A DNA stretch of 64,000 nt from Carcharhinus longimanus (GCA_030264375.1 JASCQW010000119.1:47445287-47509286), one strand, 5' to 3'; counted from the stretch's first letter, positions 1 through 13,576 are shown. Translations and numbers: made by a program. Notes: generated by a model from the letters alone, not told the origin.

Positions 1-490
1 CGGTGAGTTCCAGAATTACACCATCGTCTTAGTGAAAATGCTTTTCCTTAAATCCCCCTTAAATCTCCTGTCCAAGCCTAAGCCTTCCAGTTATTGATCC
101 CTCTACTAAGGACGTTTCTTCCCTCCTCAATTACTCATACCTCAATCAGATACCCCCTCTCTGCTCCAAGGAAAACGACCCCAGCCTAACCAGCCCAGGC
201 AACATCCTGGAGATTCTCCTTTGCACCCTTTCTAGTGCAATTACATCATTCCTACAGTGTGGCACACAGTACTCTCACTGTGGCCTAGCGTTATATCCAG
301 TTCTATCATAACCTCCCTGCTCCTATATTCTAAGCCTCAGCTAATAAAGGCAAACATCTCATTTGCCACTGTAACCAACTTATCTACTTGTCCTGCTGCC
401 TTCAGAGATATTTGGCCATGCACCTCAAGGTCCCTTTGGTCCTCGCTATTCCTACCTTCCTTCCATGGTGGATTTAGGAATTTCTGAAGA
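1..490 (-). mobile_element. CR1/HER1-type LINE, decayed 3' ORF2 fragment
   Basis: Reads as the reverse complement of a CR1 ORF2 C-terminal region; resembles the other minus-strand CR1 copies at 20.6-21.1 kb and 51.7-52.1 kb. Confidence 0.7.
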
Positions 491-1324
491 TCAAAAAATA
501 GCTTTTGTTATGCAAAATATATTTTATAGGCATTGGGAGGGCGTACTCAAGATACGTTGATTTTTTGATGACGTTTTAGTATATTTTCCAATATGAACAT
601 GTTCTCTGATTCTTTTGACCTTCCATCGTTATTATAGTCTTTCCTTTTTCAATTTTAGTTTATATTGGCATGTTGAAATTCAATCTAATCATGCAAGTTA
701 ACACTTTGTATGTACAGGACTTGTACGATTGTGTTCCTTTGAACTGTGAGCAATGTCTTTGGAGATTGAACTTGCAAAATTAGAAAACCAAACAGAATTC
801 ACACAGACTGTGTGAAATCAAATGAACACAGCAAATAAAGTGTGCAGGAAGAAATGCCATCAAATGAACTATTTAACCATTCAGTTAATTTGAAATTTAA
901 CTGAAGTTTGAATCAAGTAATAAATAAGATGGAAATAAGGCTGCTACTCTTTTTTTTGCAGCACAGTTTCTACAATTTCAAGCTTTGTTTCCTTAGTATA
1001 ATTGCCTACACCTTCAGTTATGATTACACATGGAGGAGTTTAGCCCCTTCCCCAGCCATTTAAAAATAGGCAAATATACATTACTGGTACCGACAGGAAA
1101 TCCAAGCTAGCCACATGTAGATGGTGAATCACTGACATGTATAATATCATTCAACATTATTTAAATAAAACCATGTGTGCAAATGTACTATTGCATCTAA
1201 TAAACATAACATACACATAGCTAATTAACCCTTGAACTCTACTATTCTCTTTTACATCAAATGAAAGTTACAAAACTGAAAACTGTCAAAAAGGACATGT
1301 TATGATATGAATGAACTGCATTGA

Positions 1325-1480
1325 CAACAGAAAGAGGAACAGGAGTAGATGATTTGGCTCCTTCAGCCTGCTCCGCACACTAAATTTCATCATGGCTCAT
1401 GTCGACTTCACTGTCCCACTCACTCCAATGACAGAACATCTGCATCCTGTGTGATAGAGAACTCCAAAGATTTGGATTTC
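1325..1480 (-). mobile_element. Old CR1 3' tail remnant
   Basis: 'gaacaggagtag...ccttcagcctgctccgc...atcatggct' is a degenerate version of the tail at 33790-33943. Confidence 0.4.
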
Positions 1481-2559
1481 CAATGACTCGAAGTTTCAAC
1501 ATTCCGATTGAGATTATTATTTCCCATTAGGAAGCTTTCTCAATGACATTATCAAAACATTACACTAACTGAATTCTATAATTCTTTGAAACGTACAGAA
1601 AACTTGCAATGTGAAAAAAATGCAAATATCAAACCCGACGAAACCAAGAGGTTCGCATGATTATTCCTCAAGTCAGCAAAGTAAAATTACCTCCCAGTCA
1701 AAGAACATTGTGGGATGGCAGCTTCCCAATAACAGCAATTCCCGGCAATACCCAAGGATAGAGTATGAGGTGCATATCCTGTTGCAATTCCTGCGAAAAC
1801 GGAAGATGCAGAATATATCCAAGGGCTGAGAAATAGCAGGCTTGCTGACTCCTTGCAAACAGGTGACTGTCCGTGCAAAACGTGAATGAAAACCACCAAA
1901 CAGCAACTAGACTTAAGAACTTGGGAAATGGACAAAAAAGAAACCCATTAAGCCTGTCAAGCTACTTTATGGTGTTGGGCTCATGCTCCAAATTGGCGAG
2001 TACAGCATTTCTGTGTCAAGCAAGGGAAGACAAGTCAGATTACGAAAGAATATGCTTTCTGGATTATCAATGGAATGTTTATGCATTGTAATATTAAATT
2101 AATATTCAAGAATTTTTCTAACAACTGAAATTGGGGAAATGTTCTTGTTGGTTCACATGTAGTTGCTGATAATACTGGAATGATGCCAGAGGATTTGAGT
2201 AGCTTGGATTTATCCAATGATCTGTATTGGCATTCCAGGTAAATATAGATCAATGCCGCAAACAAATCATCTCAGATCATTCCAAATAGAGCAATTAGAC
2301 CCGATTTTCACAAAAATAAAAAGTGCCAGTAAATAAATCAAGACAGATTAAATTAATGGATTGTGTGGAAAGCTGATCAAAAACAGATGTTTGCTTCGGT
2401 TCCGTGAATGGGCAGGATGGGTCTTTCTGGATGCAGTTAGTTAAAGGGATTTTACAGTCAAGGGCTGAATGACAAACAGGCAAAATGTGACAGGTTCAGC
2501 AGAGAAGCTAGGGTTCTTATACAAAGAAAACCTTCCATCAGCAATCAAAACAGAGTCGC

Positions 2560-2565
2560 TTTAAT
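2560..2565 (-). terminator. Candidate polyadenylation signal (ATTAAA)
   Basis: Minus-strand ATTAAA followed by a U/GU-rich stretch (ctctgttttgattg...ggttttctttgt). Other AATAAA hexamers lie near 3391, 4518 and 5420. Confidence 0.3.
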
Positions 2566-5500
2566 CTATTAAAACTCATTGGATGTTGTCCTTCCTTTAC
2601 ATCAAAATTGTAAAAAGTGTTTGCATGCCAATATGTCACGGAGCACTTTCCACCTGAGATTAGGTTTCGTGTTCTCATAAAAAGTGATTGGAATCAGAAT
2701 GAAGATAATGAACACTTAGCAATTCAAGCTCCATATTTTAATTGCTCAAAAGTAACATGGTAGCAGTCAAAGTATAATGTACAATAAAGTAAAATATGTT
2801 TGCCGAAATATTTCTTTGGATCTACCAATACAAATGTCCAACAAAATTCAACTGCAGCAACAGATTGCAAATGAAACCTGATAAAAACACTCATGTAAAA
2901 ATATGTGATTATGTTGCTCTTTACCTGAAATACATTTTGTACAAATACCAGTAGTATGTAAATAAAATGCTATATAAAAATAATGATTACCATATGCAAC
3001 AAACATCCTGTTGTAACAGAATGCAGCATTCAAACACAAAATGCAGGAAAAAAAATACTATTTACTACACAATGTATAAAGGACAGAAATTGCCTGCAGT
3101 TTTTCCAACTGCAATGTTTTACTATCTATTACTAATAATCTATTGACACTTTACGTGGACTTCATGCATTAAGTGTTTTACACATTCACTTTAGTCCTGG
3201 ATGAAGATTGGCACATGGAAGTTTGAGGGGGGGAAAAAAACCATCTGAGCAGTATTTAGTGATTTGTGAAGGAGCAAAGAACTGTTTTCGGTCTTCAGTC
3301 ATCCACTGCGGAACAATCCAGCAAACACCATCATGTTGATTGTACCTCCATTCCCCAAGTCTGTGAACTTTCTTTAGGGGGTAGGCACATTTATTTTTGA
3401 AAAAAAAATATATAAAGTGGGCAAATTACGTTGATCTGCTTTCATTCAGTCCCAAAATATCAGTACAAATATAGAACATGACACTTTTAATTGTAAAGAA
3501 CTTTACAAAATACAGAGAAATTGTGCAACTATGGAAGCACACTGACTATTGGCCATCTGATGTATAAACCATCGGTAAACATTGGTTAACACAGTGAAGA
3601 GAGATGTAGCATGTACAACTCACAAATACAATTTGTAAATCTTTGAACGCTGATGTAGAATTTCAGCATGAATTGGAACAACAATCCAGCACTCAGAATT
3701 AATTGTGAAAGAAAAAGATTTGAGAGTAATTGTGGTTTTTACATTAAATTGGTTTATACATCAGACATCCTACATATTAAAGTACAACACAGAGCAGCTG
3801 AATGATAGTAATACAAAACACTGTAATGCTCTTTTATCATAATACTAATACATCTAACAAAAATCTAATGGCACTTAATTTTATAAAAGACTCATTACCA
3901 GTTTACGGTGCTGAAGAGATAACTCTCCTATAAAGGTTTCTGAAAGTGCTAGAACATAGTGAATTGGCCAGCCATAAGGGGAACTATTAGCCTTACAATG
4001 AATACAGCAATTAAAATTCATTGAAAAATGCGTACTTGATCATTGTGCAGTTGCTCACCTGTGTGAATAAATTGATACGGTCACTTTGGACTTGAACCAA
4101 AGACTTTTAAGGTTAACTGGGAAAATGTCTGTCCACAGGTAGTAGAGTTGCCCTCACTCGTTTGCTTCCAAGACAGCCATGATATAAACTATCTCCTTTT
4201 GTTGCAGAGCAGAACATGGAAGTAATTCACAATTTTCCAATTGGTACCACAATAGTCTACATTTTAACTTTTTCCTCCCAAAATAATGAACTGAGGAAAT
4301 CCACTAAAATATTTAGAATAGAATATTTAGTAATGCCACACTACAAATATTGCTGTCACGATTTATCTTTTTTTAAAATCCCTCTTAGCCAGGAGAGGGA
4401 TATCATTAAAATTCTGCAATAGAGCATTTTGGCAGTGATTTTAATCGTTTCCTAATTTCATAAAAAATAAGATTTTATATATTAAAATATAGATATGGTT
4501 GATTTGCAAGAGTTTTCTTTATTGAACATTGTCATCCAGAATTAGCTTATTTGTGAATCAACTTCGGCAGTTTTCTTCCTGATGTTGTCTCTGTACCGGG
4601 GTGAAGTTGTGTCCACATTCACTGTAAGGCGAGTTTGGTTTTCTCCTAGGCTTAGAGCAAGAAGCATGCAATGAGGTGATGTGTTGTGTCTTTGTGAGTT
4701 CCTGCTCAGAGAACTGTGAAATAAGGATTCAAATAGCTCAAAGCCTCTGATGGCCAAAATAAGGCACTGACAGAAGAGGCAAAACGGTAACAGAACTAAA
4801 ATCTTTACATTAAAAATACAAGCATAACATAAAAATCTTTCTTGACAAGACCCTGACTTAATATAATCAGGGCATTCTTAAAACAAACACCCTGTTCTGT
4901 ATCCTTTCTAGATCTCATAACTCCTAAATACAAGGAAAGGAACAATATTTTCAAAGTAAATATTCACTACAATAAAAGTCTAGGTGATACTCAATGGACT
5001 TTAAAGGATACTACGCCTACAAGCCAAGAATGCACTTCTTGCAGACGATGGTTAAGAATTTTAATTAGTTTGATGTGTTTTAACTACTTAATTTGGAGCT
5101 AAATCTTCTAAAATATGCATTATAGTATTATACACAGATGTATATCATAATGTCTTTCCTTTTCTTGAACTTACGTCTGGGGTTTAAATGAATACACAAA
5201 ACAAAATTTAGGATTATTACTCAGATGAAAAAGGCAGGATGATTAAAATATCAGAAGCATTTGCGTTATAATTAAGCCGCAATATCTCCCCATTAAGCTG
5301 AGAATTGAGGATGACCATTGTTGGTTTCTAAAGATGACTTTTTTTTTAAAAAAAAGCAAAATTAGTGTTGGAAGGAAAACGGCATTACACATTTACATAC
5401 TGGCTACTGTGTCATTTCGTTTTATTGCTGAGTTTTAGGGTGTGCCACAATAGTTTAGGAAAATAGAGCCAGACCTCTGTAAAAATAAATGTGCATCAAG

Positions 5501-6263
5501 CTAACTTTGATCAATTGGCTGTGATTATTTTTGTGCAATTATGTACCTTTGTTAGAAACTAATGTTCAAGTCTACCTTGCTTTAGTTCATTCCTCTTTCA
5601 ACACTGTTTGCTAAGAGAGCAAGAAATGCATTTACTGTTACTTACAGGGAACACAAACATGGGTGCTCCTGAAGGTAGGACTGAACAAGGTCACTGAGGT
5701 GCTTATTCTGTACCCTAGACAAGTCAGCAGTGAAATTCAAACCGCTGATTTTAACAACATGTTGCAACATTTAAGCTTTGCTTTAAATGAGCTACTGTTA
5801 ATGTTCAAAAACTTCTCATCACGCGCAGTAAAATAACTTAACGTATGAACCATGGATTAAAGTATTTGATCATAAATAAGTGATATCCATCCTCATGAGA
5901 AAAATGAAGCAATTAAGGAAATAAATAGGGATTGCTCCTGATAAGATGAAAACTTTCGTACGCCCCAGTATGACAAACGCAGCTATAACAGAAAGAATTG
6001 CAAGGTTCGAAATTACTGCTGCCAACATTAGCTACTTAAAGTGTCGATTGAAATTTTTTTTGCCTGCTATTTTAACCTGTCATGACCATTTACTTAAAAT
6101 GCATTAATGCCGCCATTAAAATAACAAAGTGAGAACGTCATATGGATCTGCCAAGTATTTGCCTACCGATATTACCAACAGTAATTTCTGGGTGCTGCTC
6201 TTTGAACAATTACACAGGGCCAGGGCTTCTTGGCACATACAAAATGTCTGAATTTGTAGGGAA

Positions 6264-6312
6264 TGATGGGCCAGATGGCCTCTTTCTGCACTGTAGGGTT
6301 TCTATGATTCTA
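6264..6312 (+). mobile_element. HE1 SINE/HER1 LINE 3' terminal fragment inside the 3'UTR
   Basis: gatgggccagatggcctctttctgcactgtagggtttctatgattcta matches the 3' ends of the longer SINE copies in this window. Confidence 0.65.
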
Positions 6313-6438
6313 ACTAAGAGTGGTTTAACAATTAAGCAAGTCAATACTTTATTTGCGAAAGGACGATTGACTGGGCACATCTCACATTGATGAGCGTAAC
6401 TTAAGTTTCACTGTGCAACTTTTGTTTCATGCAGAGAC

Positions 6439-6441
<3 letters not shown>

Positions 6442-6469
<28 letters not shown>
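6442..6469. repeat. (TG)14 microsatellite
   Basis: Perfect dinucleotide run. Confidence 0.95.
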
Positions 6470-6990
6470 AGACAAAATATTGTTTCAAAACACAATATGG
6501 ACAAAGCAGAGATTAATACACATTGCATAATGCTATAATAACTATATTACTTTTTTCCCATCCTTCACTAATTTTTTTCCCTGTAATTCTATTGCAGACT
6601 TTTAGCTCATGAAGTAACTTCTCAATCGTAACAGATCTCCATGTATATTAGAAATAAATGAAACATGTAGCTATCTGGGGAGTAATTTTCACATTAAAAC
6701 TCATCCACGTCTCAAGAGTTCTGATATGTTCAGCCCTCCTGTGGATTTGTATCCATGTTAGAGTGTAGAAAGCAAAAGGCTTATTGTTTGTACATGCCTC
6801 GTCAGTTGCTAATAGATTGTTTTTTTTTAAAAAACCCTCCATATTATGGATTAAACTGAATAACGGAAACTGCCTTATAAAAGCTTCTCCAAAGCTTGAG
6901 CTTCCTTTGAGTCCTTTGAGAAAGCTTTGTGCGCTTCATTAAAATTCCACTCCAAGCACAGATTTATTGAATAAAAGATCCAACAGCAGT

Positions 6991-8236
6991 TTACTGGAAA
7001 GCCTGGTGGAAACGTGGCAACGTTGTTGTGCTCAGACTGGTGGTAAAGACCGGAGACAATGGGTGAAGAGGCCCAAGGTTCAGACCGTTTCCAGATCCTT
7101 GGGAGTCCTGCAGCTGAGGCTGAAGAGAGGTAAGTAAGGACTGAGGCTCACTTTGCGCATAGCCCATTACCAGCCCCCCCGCCGAAACAGGTGGATTGTA
7201 CGTAGGGTGGTTCAGTGGTAAGAAGCTCAGTAAATGTGAAAAGTCCATGTTTGCTGTACAGAGGGATTCAGTAATTATAGCAGGGCTTTTGGAAAGCAAA
7301 TTTTCACCAGAAATGTCATCCAGAGGGCCACTTTGTGAATCTAAGCCTACTTTAGCTGGTGAAGACTGAGATTCATGGGATGAAAGTGGCAAACTGCTGT
7401 GCAAGTCCATTAAGTAACTTTCCGTTGGCTTTTCAGGCAAGCCAGTGGCATATGAGGTAGATCCAAGCTGATATTTAGAAGAGGGTTGAGGGGGTGCTGA
7501 ATGAATTGAGGATGGGGCTTCCATTTGGCAACCCATTCCCATAGCTAGAGAACTAGCGACCAAACTATGTGATGATCCTGAATTTGTCATGGCTTGAATG
7601 TGTGGACTGTACATGCTCATTGGTAAACTAGTAAATGGTTTACCTACTGTCTCTTTAGAAGCCATGCACATCATTGGACTAAGTTCTTCCTTCACTGTTA
7701 TGGGTGGACTGGAGTGAAGGAGTCCCATCATATCGGATGGTTCAGTCTTAATTTTCAACAATTCCTGCGAATGACTCTTCTTCATGTGTCTTGTCAGGTG
7801 GTCCTTTCTGCCAAATCTCTGAGCACAATACTGACAAAGGAAGTCTTTCCTGCCTGTATGGACTACCATGTGTCTCCGAACATCTTTCCGAGTATAGAAC
7901 CGTCGGTCACAGTGGTCGCACTGGTGCTTCTTCTCCTTAACTCCACTCGATGACTTGCCCGAATGCGTTTTCAGGTGCTCAAGCAGAATTTCTGTGCTCT
8001 CAAATGTCTGAAGGCACACTTTGCAGGTCAGGTCACCACTGGTGGCAGCATGCAGTGCTAGGTGGCGTTTATATCCCAACTTGGTGTTGTAGTTTTTGCC
8101 ACACTCTTCACACTTGAAAGCCTCTTTATTTGGATCATGTGTCTGAAGGTGGTTCTTCAGATGGTCTTTCCGGTGGAACATTTTTTCACAGTAGGTGCAC
8201 TTATGTGTTTTTTGTGGTGAATGTGTGGCCATGTGC
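6991..8236 (-). CDS. plagl2: PLAG-like zinc finger 2, last coding exon (end of ZF2, ZF3-ZF7, transactivation domain)
   Basis: Acceptor ...ttttatttag|G at 8237/8236; ORF HMATHSPQK...TTTLPRFHQAFQ*. C-terminal motifs (SQELLKIKTEP, VKEELSP..CMAS, KYQLGSTSY, DFSHLL.FLPLN, GGLVMGY) match PLAGL2 better than PLAG1/PLAGL1. 1246 nt, phase-compatible with the upstream exon (AG|G = Arg87). Confidence 0.93.
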
Positions 8237-9399
8237 CTAAATAAAATAATAGTGAAAATAATCAAGACTACGCATATTTCTCATGCTCGCTTAAAATAAA
8301 AAATAAGTAGATCACATTAGATTAGATACATTTAATGCTTATTACAAATACTTGGTATTTGATCTCAATTATTTTTGATATGCTTATTGAAAGCAACCCT
8401 ATCAAGTGATAAGCATAAAACATGTATATTCTTACAGATACTTTACAAAATAATAAAGTACAATTCAGTGCAATTATTTTGCCAAATTATTCTAAGCAAA
8501 AATACATAATGCAGTTTCTCAATTGTTACAAGATGCAGCAAAAGATTAGGGAAAGCTTTCAACACTTTGAAATTAAAATGGAAAGCAACATCACGTACTT
8601 TCCATCTCTTAAATCAAACACTTTCATTAATTACATTTTTTTCCCTGAAGGAAATGATATAAAGATCTGGAAAAAGGAACAAAAAGCAGAACAGCAGAAA
8701 AATATCTTATCAGCTCCATGGTAGCTCAACAAAGCAAAGTAATTTAATGTTCAATAACAGTTGCGTACATCACAATATTAGAATTTAGGCCTCTATTTTC
8801 AATACATCTGCAATTTAGAAAACACAGGAAAAGGCAGCCATGCAGAGCAAGACAGAGGGTGCCTACAATACCGAAGATAGCAAAGGAAGTGTAGACAGGG
8901 ATCATTGGATACAAAGAGAGTTTGGGCTCTTGGGTAGCTGAATAATTTGATTATAGATTAAGCCAGGTGACATATCAGGGCATTTGGTTGTCAAGCTAGA
9001 TTTCCAAACTAGGCCCAAATACCAACCAGATTTGTCTGCTGTTGTAGATAACCATTGTTTTACATTCCAGGCTTCACTATGTTCTGCCTGATATCGTTTA
9101 CCATGCCAATTTTATCGTCGTCTCCTGAAGGTCTTTTTCACCCACAGGCAATTATAGCATTCTGAAATGGCCATTATTCTTGTGTGAACATTGGCAATGA
9201 CTAAGCATTATAGCTGCGCCAGATTCAGTAATCTCAATATTCATTCTTACAAACTTTCAGCACACGTCACTGAAATAACAGCCATGACTGAAAATTTGGC
9301 TGGCAACTTTCCCAACCATAAGACAAGGTGGTCAGTTGGTAACATCTTTACCTCCATACCAGTGAAATAGGCTGAAACAACAGAGTGGAGTCAAACCTG

Positions 9400-10630
9400 A
9401 TTTGAAAAGCTTATGTAGTTACTGGATAAACTCATCGAATCATGAGGAGATTAGAGAGTTGCTCTAAACTGATGTCGCACTAGATTCCATACCAAGAAAC
9501 ACATTCAGCAGCAAATGGACAGGTTCTCTTGTAAAGAGCACCAGGAAAACTGCTGTCATGTGACACCAGAGGCAGTTGATAGCTTCATATATCTAGGTTC
9601 CACAATCACCAGCAATCTGCCACTTGATGCTGAAATCAACACATATAGAACAAAGGCTGCAGCTGTTATGTCTAAGCTAAGAGGCTGCAGAACAACAACA
9701 GTCTGATGGCGGACAAACTTCTAGTCTACTAAGTCTGCATTCTCAGTGTACCCCTATGGACAACATATACTAGGCAAGAGAAAAGTATGAATAGTTTTCA
9801 CAACAGCTGTTTCAGGCATATCCTCAGCATCCCTTGGCAGGAGTGTCACTAAATTGCGATCCCAGAGCATGTTAATTCCATCAGCATGCACTCGTTGTTA
9901 AGCCAACTAAAGACTATCGGCTCAGCTGTGTTCATCAGATGTAAGAGGCCAAATAAAAAAAGGAGCTACTGTAGGGTGAGCTGGTGTCCATACCCCTGCT
10001 ACAAGGACACCTGCAAGTGGGATATGCAGATGGCACTTATTGACACTAACAACTGGGAGATGGTTGCTGGCAGCCATGAGGGCAATGCAGTGACACATTG
10101 CTGCCTCACAGCGCCAGGGACCCAGGTTCAATTAGGGCCTTCGGTCACTGTATGAAACTTGCATTTTATGTCTCTGTGTCTGCATGAATTTTCTCCAGGT
10201 GCTTTGGTTTCCTCCCACAGTCCAAAGATGTGCAAGTTAGGTAGATTGGCCACATTAAATTGCCCCTCAGTGTCAGGGGGACTAGCAGGGTAAATACATG
10301 AGATTACGGGGATAGGGCCTGGGTAGGATTGTTGTTGGTGCAGGCTCGATGGGCTGAATGGCCTCTTCCTGCACTGTGGGGATTCCAGGATTCGAAGATC
10401 TCCTGAGACCGGCTGTTTTGGAAGGGCATTGGAAGAGGACAGTAGAAATAAAAAGCTCAGTTGGCTGAGGTGAGGGTCCAGAGAGAACAGAGTCCAGTGA
10501 ATTGTGCTGCTCTCAACCTGTCTTCCTCTGCAGGAAAGGAGGCAGAAAGTGCAACCCCAGAGTGGGGCTCCCAAGCTACACTAGGTGATGCTCAACACAG
10601 AGGTGAGCCCCGTGGCACAAATCTTCACCT
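9400..10630 (+). mobile_element. RTE-clade LINE, decayed 3' part, interrupted by a SINE
   Basis: EAVDSFIYLGSTITSNLPLDAEINT...KAAAVMSKL is the RTE post-RT signature; later YKDTCKWDM...IDTNNWE. Confidence 0.75.
10080..10393 (+). mobile_element. HE1-like V-SINE (tRNA head, V domain, HER1/CR1 tail)
   Basis: tgctgcctcacagcgccagggacccaggttcaatt...ggtttcctcccacagtccaaagatgtgc...gatgggctgaatggcctc...tgcactgt. Confidence 0.85.
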
Positions 10631-10699
10631 CATGATACAGATATGATACATTAAGGCAAGTCTTCAAATAATGCTTCTGATGGTGGTTCACCAAACTCA

Positions 10700-11110
10700 A
10701 CTAATTATGATTTGGCATGAATGTTTGTCTGGTGTCTAAATTCAGTGAGGAAGAAGATTGTATTTTGTCTCATTCAAGAAAATTGCTATGAAGTTACAAT
10801 TGCCACAATAAATTTGGGCAGTTCTATTAAAAAATGTTTTGGTGGAAAATGATTGGAGGTTTGAATGAGCAGTCTGCAGATTATGACATTGTTAAGACTG
10901 TTGTGCTTAATGCACACAAGCTGATTCCAGAAGCTTACAAACAAAAGTTTAGAAACTCGCAGAAGAAACAGATCAGTTTTTGTGAAGGAAACAAATGATG
11001 TCTAACTGATACAGCTAAATTGCAACCGGATTTTGAAAGTCTTAGTGGCATTGTTAATGGAAGAACTTAGAAGTAATATTCCTTTTGGAGGAGCTACAGG
11101 ATTTGGGAGA
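10700..11110 (+). mobile_element. Gypsy (Gmr1-like) LTR retrotransposon gag/SCAN-like remnant
   Basis: ~10880-10970 translates DYDIVKTVVLNAHKLIPEAYKQKFRNSQKK (cf. AYELVPEAYRQKFR); downstream ALLMEELRSNIP (cf. LILLEEFKN). Confidence 0.65.
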
Positions 11111-11249
11111 TCATCTTGATCAAGTTAACCAGAAAGATAATCTCTTGATCAATGGGACAAAACAAAGGCGGTGGATAAAAAGAATTATAAGATTCTGATT
11201 AATGGAGTTCAGCTTGAACAGACCGATAACCGTCTATCTCTATCTAGAT

Positions 11250-11790
11250 ACCTCTACCTTGGGTCATTCATCATGGAAGATGCAAAGATACCAAAGGAAT
11301 CTGGGCTAAACTTAACAAGGGTCACGGCATTGTGAACTCACTTAAATAAATATGGAAGGGCTACAGCATCTCAATTACAACAAAAATCTGTCTTCTGAAA
11401 GCTCTCATGTGGTCGGTGACAATGTACGGCTGTGAAAGCTGGACCATTAAGAAGTGATGAGGTTTGAATAAGAGCATATGAAACTGAAGAGGTTTATGCC
11501 TGTTATGGATGGCCAAATGAATGGGTGTTCAAGAAAGCTGGGATTAAGAGGAACTTGTTTGATGTAGCAATGTCACAGAAGCTAACAGGTTTTCAACATA
11601 TAACGCAAAAATAATGGGATTGTTTCGAAAAAGGTACTGCACCTGGGACAACACCTGGAAAGCATGCATAAAGGAAAACCTAAGATGACATGAACAGTTA
11701 ACATTAGTGCGGACAGCTGTTGAGGGCAGTGGAGAATAAAATTTGGATTCTGTTTTGGTATCAAGCACCCTCTAGAAGATCACAAAGTTT
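11250..11790 (+). mobile_element. Second RTE-clade (BovB/Expander-like) 3' fragment
   Basis: YLGSFI near 11255 and LKALMWSVTMYGCESWTIKK at ~11395-11455. Confidence 0.7.
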
Positions 11791-12329
11791 CCAAAACAAC
11801 GGAAGCTGCTGTTTTGACTGATAGATACAAGTGGTCTCACAAACACCTGGTTGCAGCAAATCAGTGCTATAAGCACACAAAAACTGGAGAAACAGGTTGA
11901 TACTGAACAGAACTCTAATTATCTTGAAAGTGAAAAGGAAAGATACTTCTCAGAGTAGTGAAACAGATAATGCAGTAGATAAATATCAAGGAGACTAAAG
12001 GCTAACATGTTACTTTTGCCATAACACAGGGCATGTAAAAGCTGATTGCTAAAAGTTAAAAGTGAAACTGGTAGCTTTTATGTGGGTGTCCAACACTGCT
12101 ACAGTGAGGGAACCTTGCAACAAACTAAAATCTAACATAAACAGAGTGGGTGCAAATCAGAGCAAAACATATGAGTTCTACACTAGAAGGTGAAATAACA
12201 GTGATTTGTCAGATAAGTGGATGGAAAATGTTGTTATCTTTTGGTTTATAGGGTCAGATCAAAGCTGAATGCTAACAGAAAGTGTAGGTTTCTCTCCAAA
12301 GAATTCATTAATTGAAAAGTGTGTATGAG

Positions 12330-12480
12330 GAGAACACTGGGCATTGATGGAAACTGTTTGCTTGTTCTATAGTGTAAATTTAACCTGTGCTTCAGTCAAT
12401 AAGTCTTACGGTTGGAGTGGTGTCTAACTTGCCAACTGACAACGTCAATTTCATTCTAGGAATTACCTCGTGGGGAAGCG
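12330..12480 (+). mobile_element. Gypsy protease-region remnant (probably the same element as 10700-11110)
   Basis: LTVGVVSNLPTDNVNFILG resembles V.VGV...LP..GV..ILGNDL of Gmr1-like Gypsy proteases. Confidence 0.5.
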
Positions 12481-13152
12481 AATGCTACCATCATCAGGCA
12501 AGTCCATTAAAACTAACAATGTACTAAAGAATTCAGACACTCTGTAATCTTCTTAGAAAGTACTGTTAAAATTAGATGTTTAGGCTGAGAATAAAGAACG
12601 CTTGAAACCTCCAACTGACAATGAAGCGTTGAAGTCAAATGCAAATGAGCTGAATCTGTCTCGATTAAACATGTCTTCANNNNNNNNNNNNNNNNNNNNN
12701 NNNNNNNNNNNNNNNNNNNNNNNNNNNNNNNNNNNNNNNNNNNNNNNNNNNNNNNNNNNNNNNNNNNNNNNNNNNNNNNNNNNNNNNNNNNNNNNNNNNN
12801 NNNNNNNNNNNNNNNNNNNNNNNNNNNNNNNNNNNNNNNNNNNNNNNNNNNNNNNNNNNNNNNNNNNNNNNNNNNNNNNNNNNNNNNNNNNNNNNNNNNN
12901 NNNNNNNNNNNNNNNNNNNNNNNNNNNNNNNNNNNNNNNNNNNNNNNNNNNNNNNNNNNNNNNNNNNNNNNNNNNNNNNNNNNNNNNNNNNNNNNNNNNN
13001 NNNNNNNNNNNNNNNNNNNNNNNNNNNNNNNNNNNNNNNNNNNNNNNNNNNNNNNNNNNNNNNNNNNNNNNNNNNNNNNNNNNNNNNNNNNNNNNNNNNN
13101 NNNNNNNNNNNNNNNNNNNNNNNNNNNNNNNNNNNNNNNNNNNNNNNNNNNN

Positions 13153-13241
13153 ATCAGCCATGATCTTACTGAATGGTGGGGCAGGCTCGAAGGGCCAGAT
13201 GGCCTACTCCTGCTCCTATTTCTTATGTTATGTTCTTATGT
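13153..13241 (+). mobile_element. Young CR1 3' tail (body lost in the gap)
   Basis: atcagccatgatcttactgaatggtggggcaggctcgaagggccagatggcctactcctgctcctatttcttatg plus short tandem tail; near-identical to 35415-35492. Confidence 0.85.
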
Positions 13242-13576
13242 GAGTCCAGTGGGTAAAAAGCATTGCAACAGCAAATTTCGACTGAGTCTCCAATTCACAC
13301 CTGATGGGATTTAAAAGCTAGAATGATTTTCAGAAGTCAATGATATTGTTCTTGACAAAATTTCCCAAACTGAATCAATAGCACCACACATGAAAATGTG
13401 AACTTTGATCCTCATGAGAAAGGAGCTGTTTGTAACAAATCATTTCTCAGTCATATGAGAGAGATTGTAAGAATTGTTGTATAACAAGTATTGATACAAG
13501 TATTGGATTGACACAGATTAGCAAAATGGACTGTTTAATGACAAAATCTGACAGCATGTGGAAGAGTGCTACTTAG

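Larger units (their letters stand above)
2540..6990 (-). other. plagl2: Probable long 3'UTR of plagl2 (distal end uncertain)
   Basis: Follows the TAA at 6993-6991; AT-rich and almost free of TEs, unlike the introns. Long 3'UTRs are typical of PLAG-family genes. Confidence 0.5.

Noticed and set aside
8237-8265. N-terminal MIIFTIILF of the 424-aa ORF
   Set aside because: Intronic polypyrimidine tract; the exon starts at 8236.
12580-13243. Long ORFs made mostly of X (also 33925, 35177, 46468, 51170, 58834)
   Set aside because: Open only because they run through N gaps.
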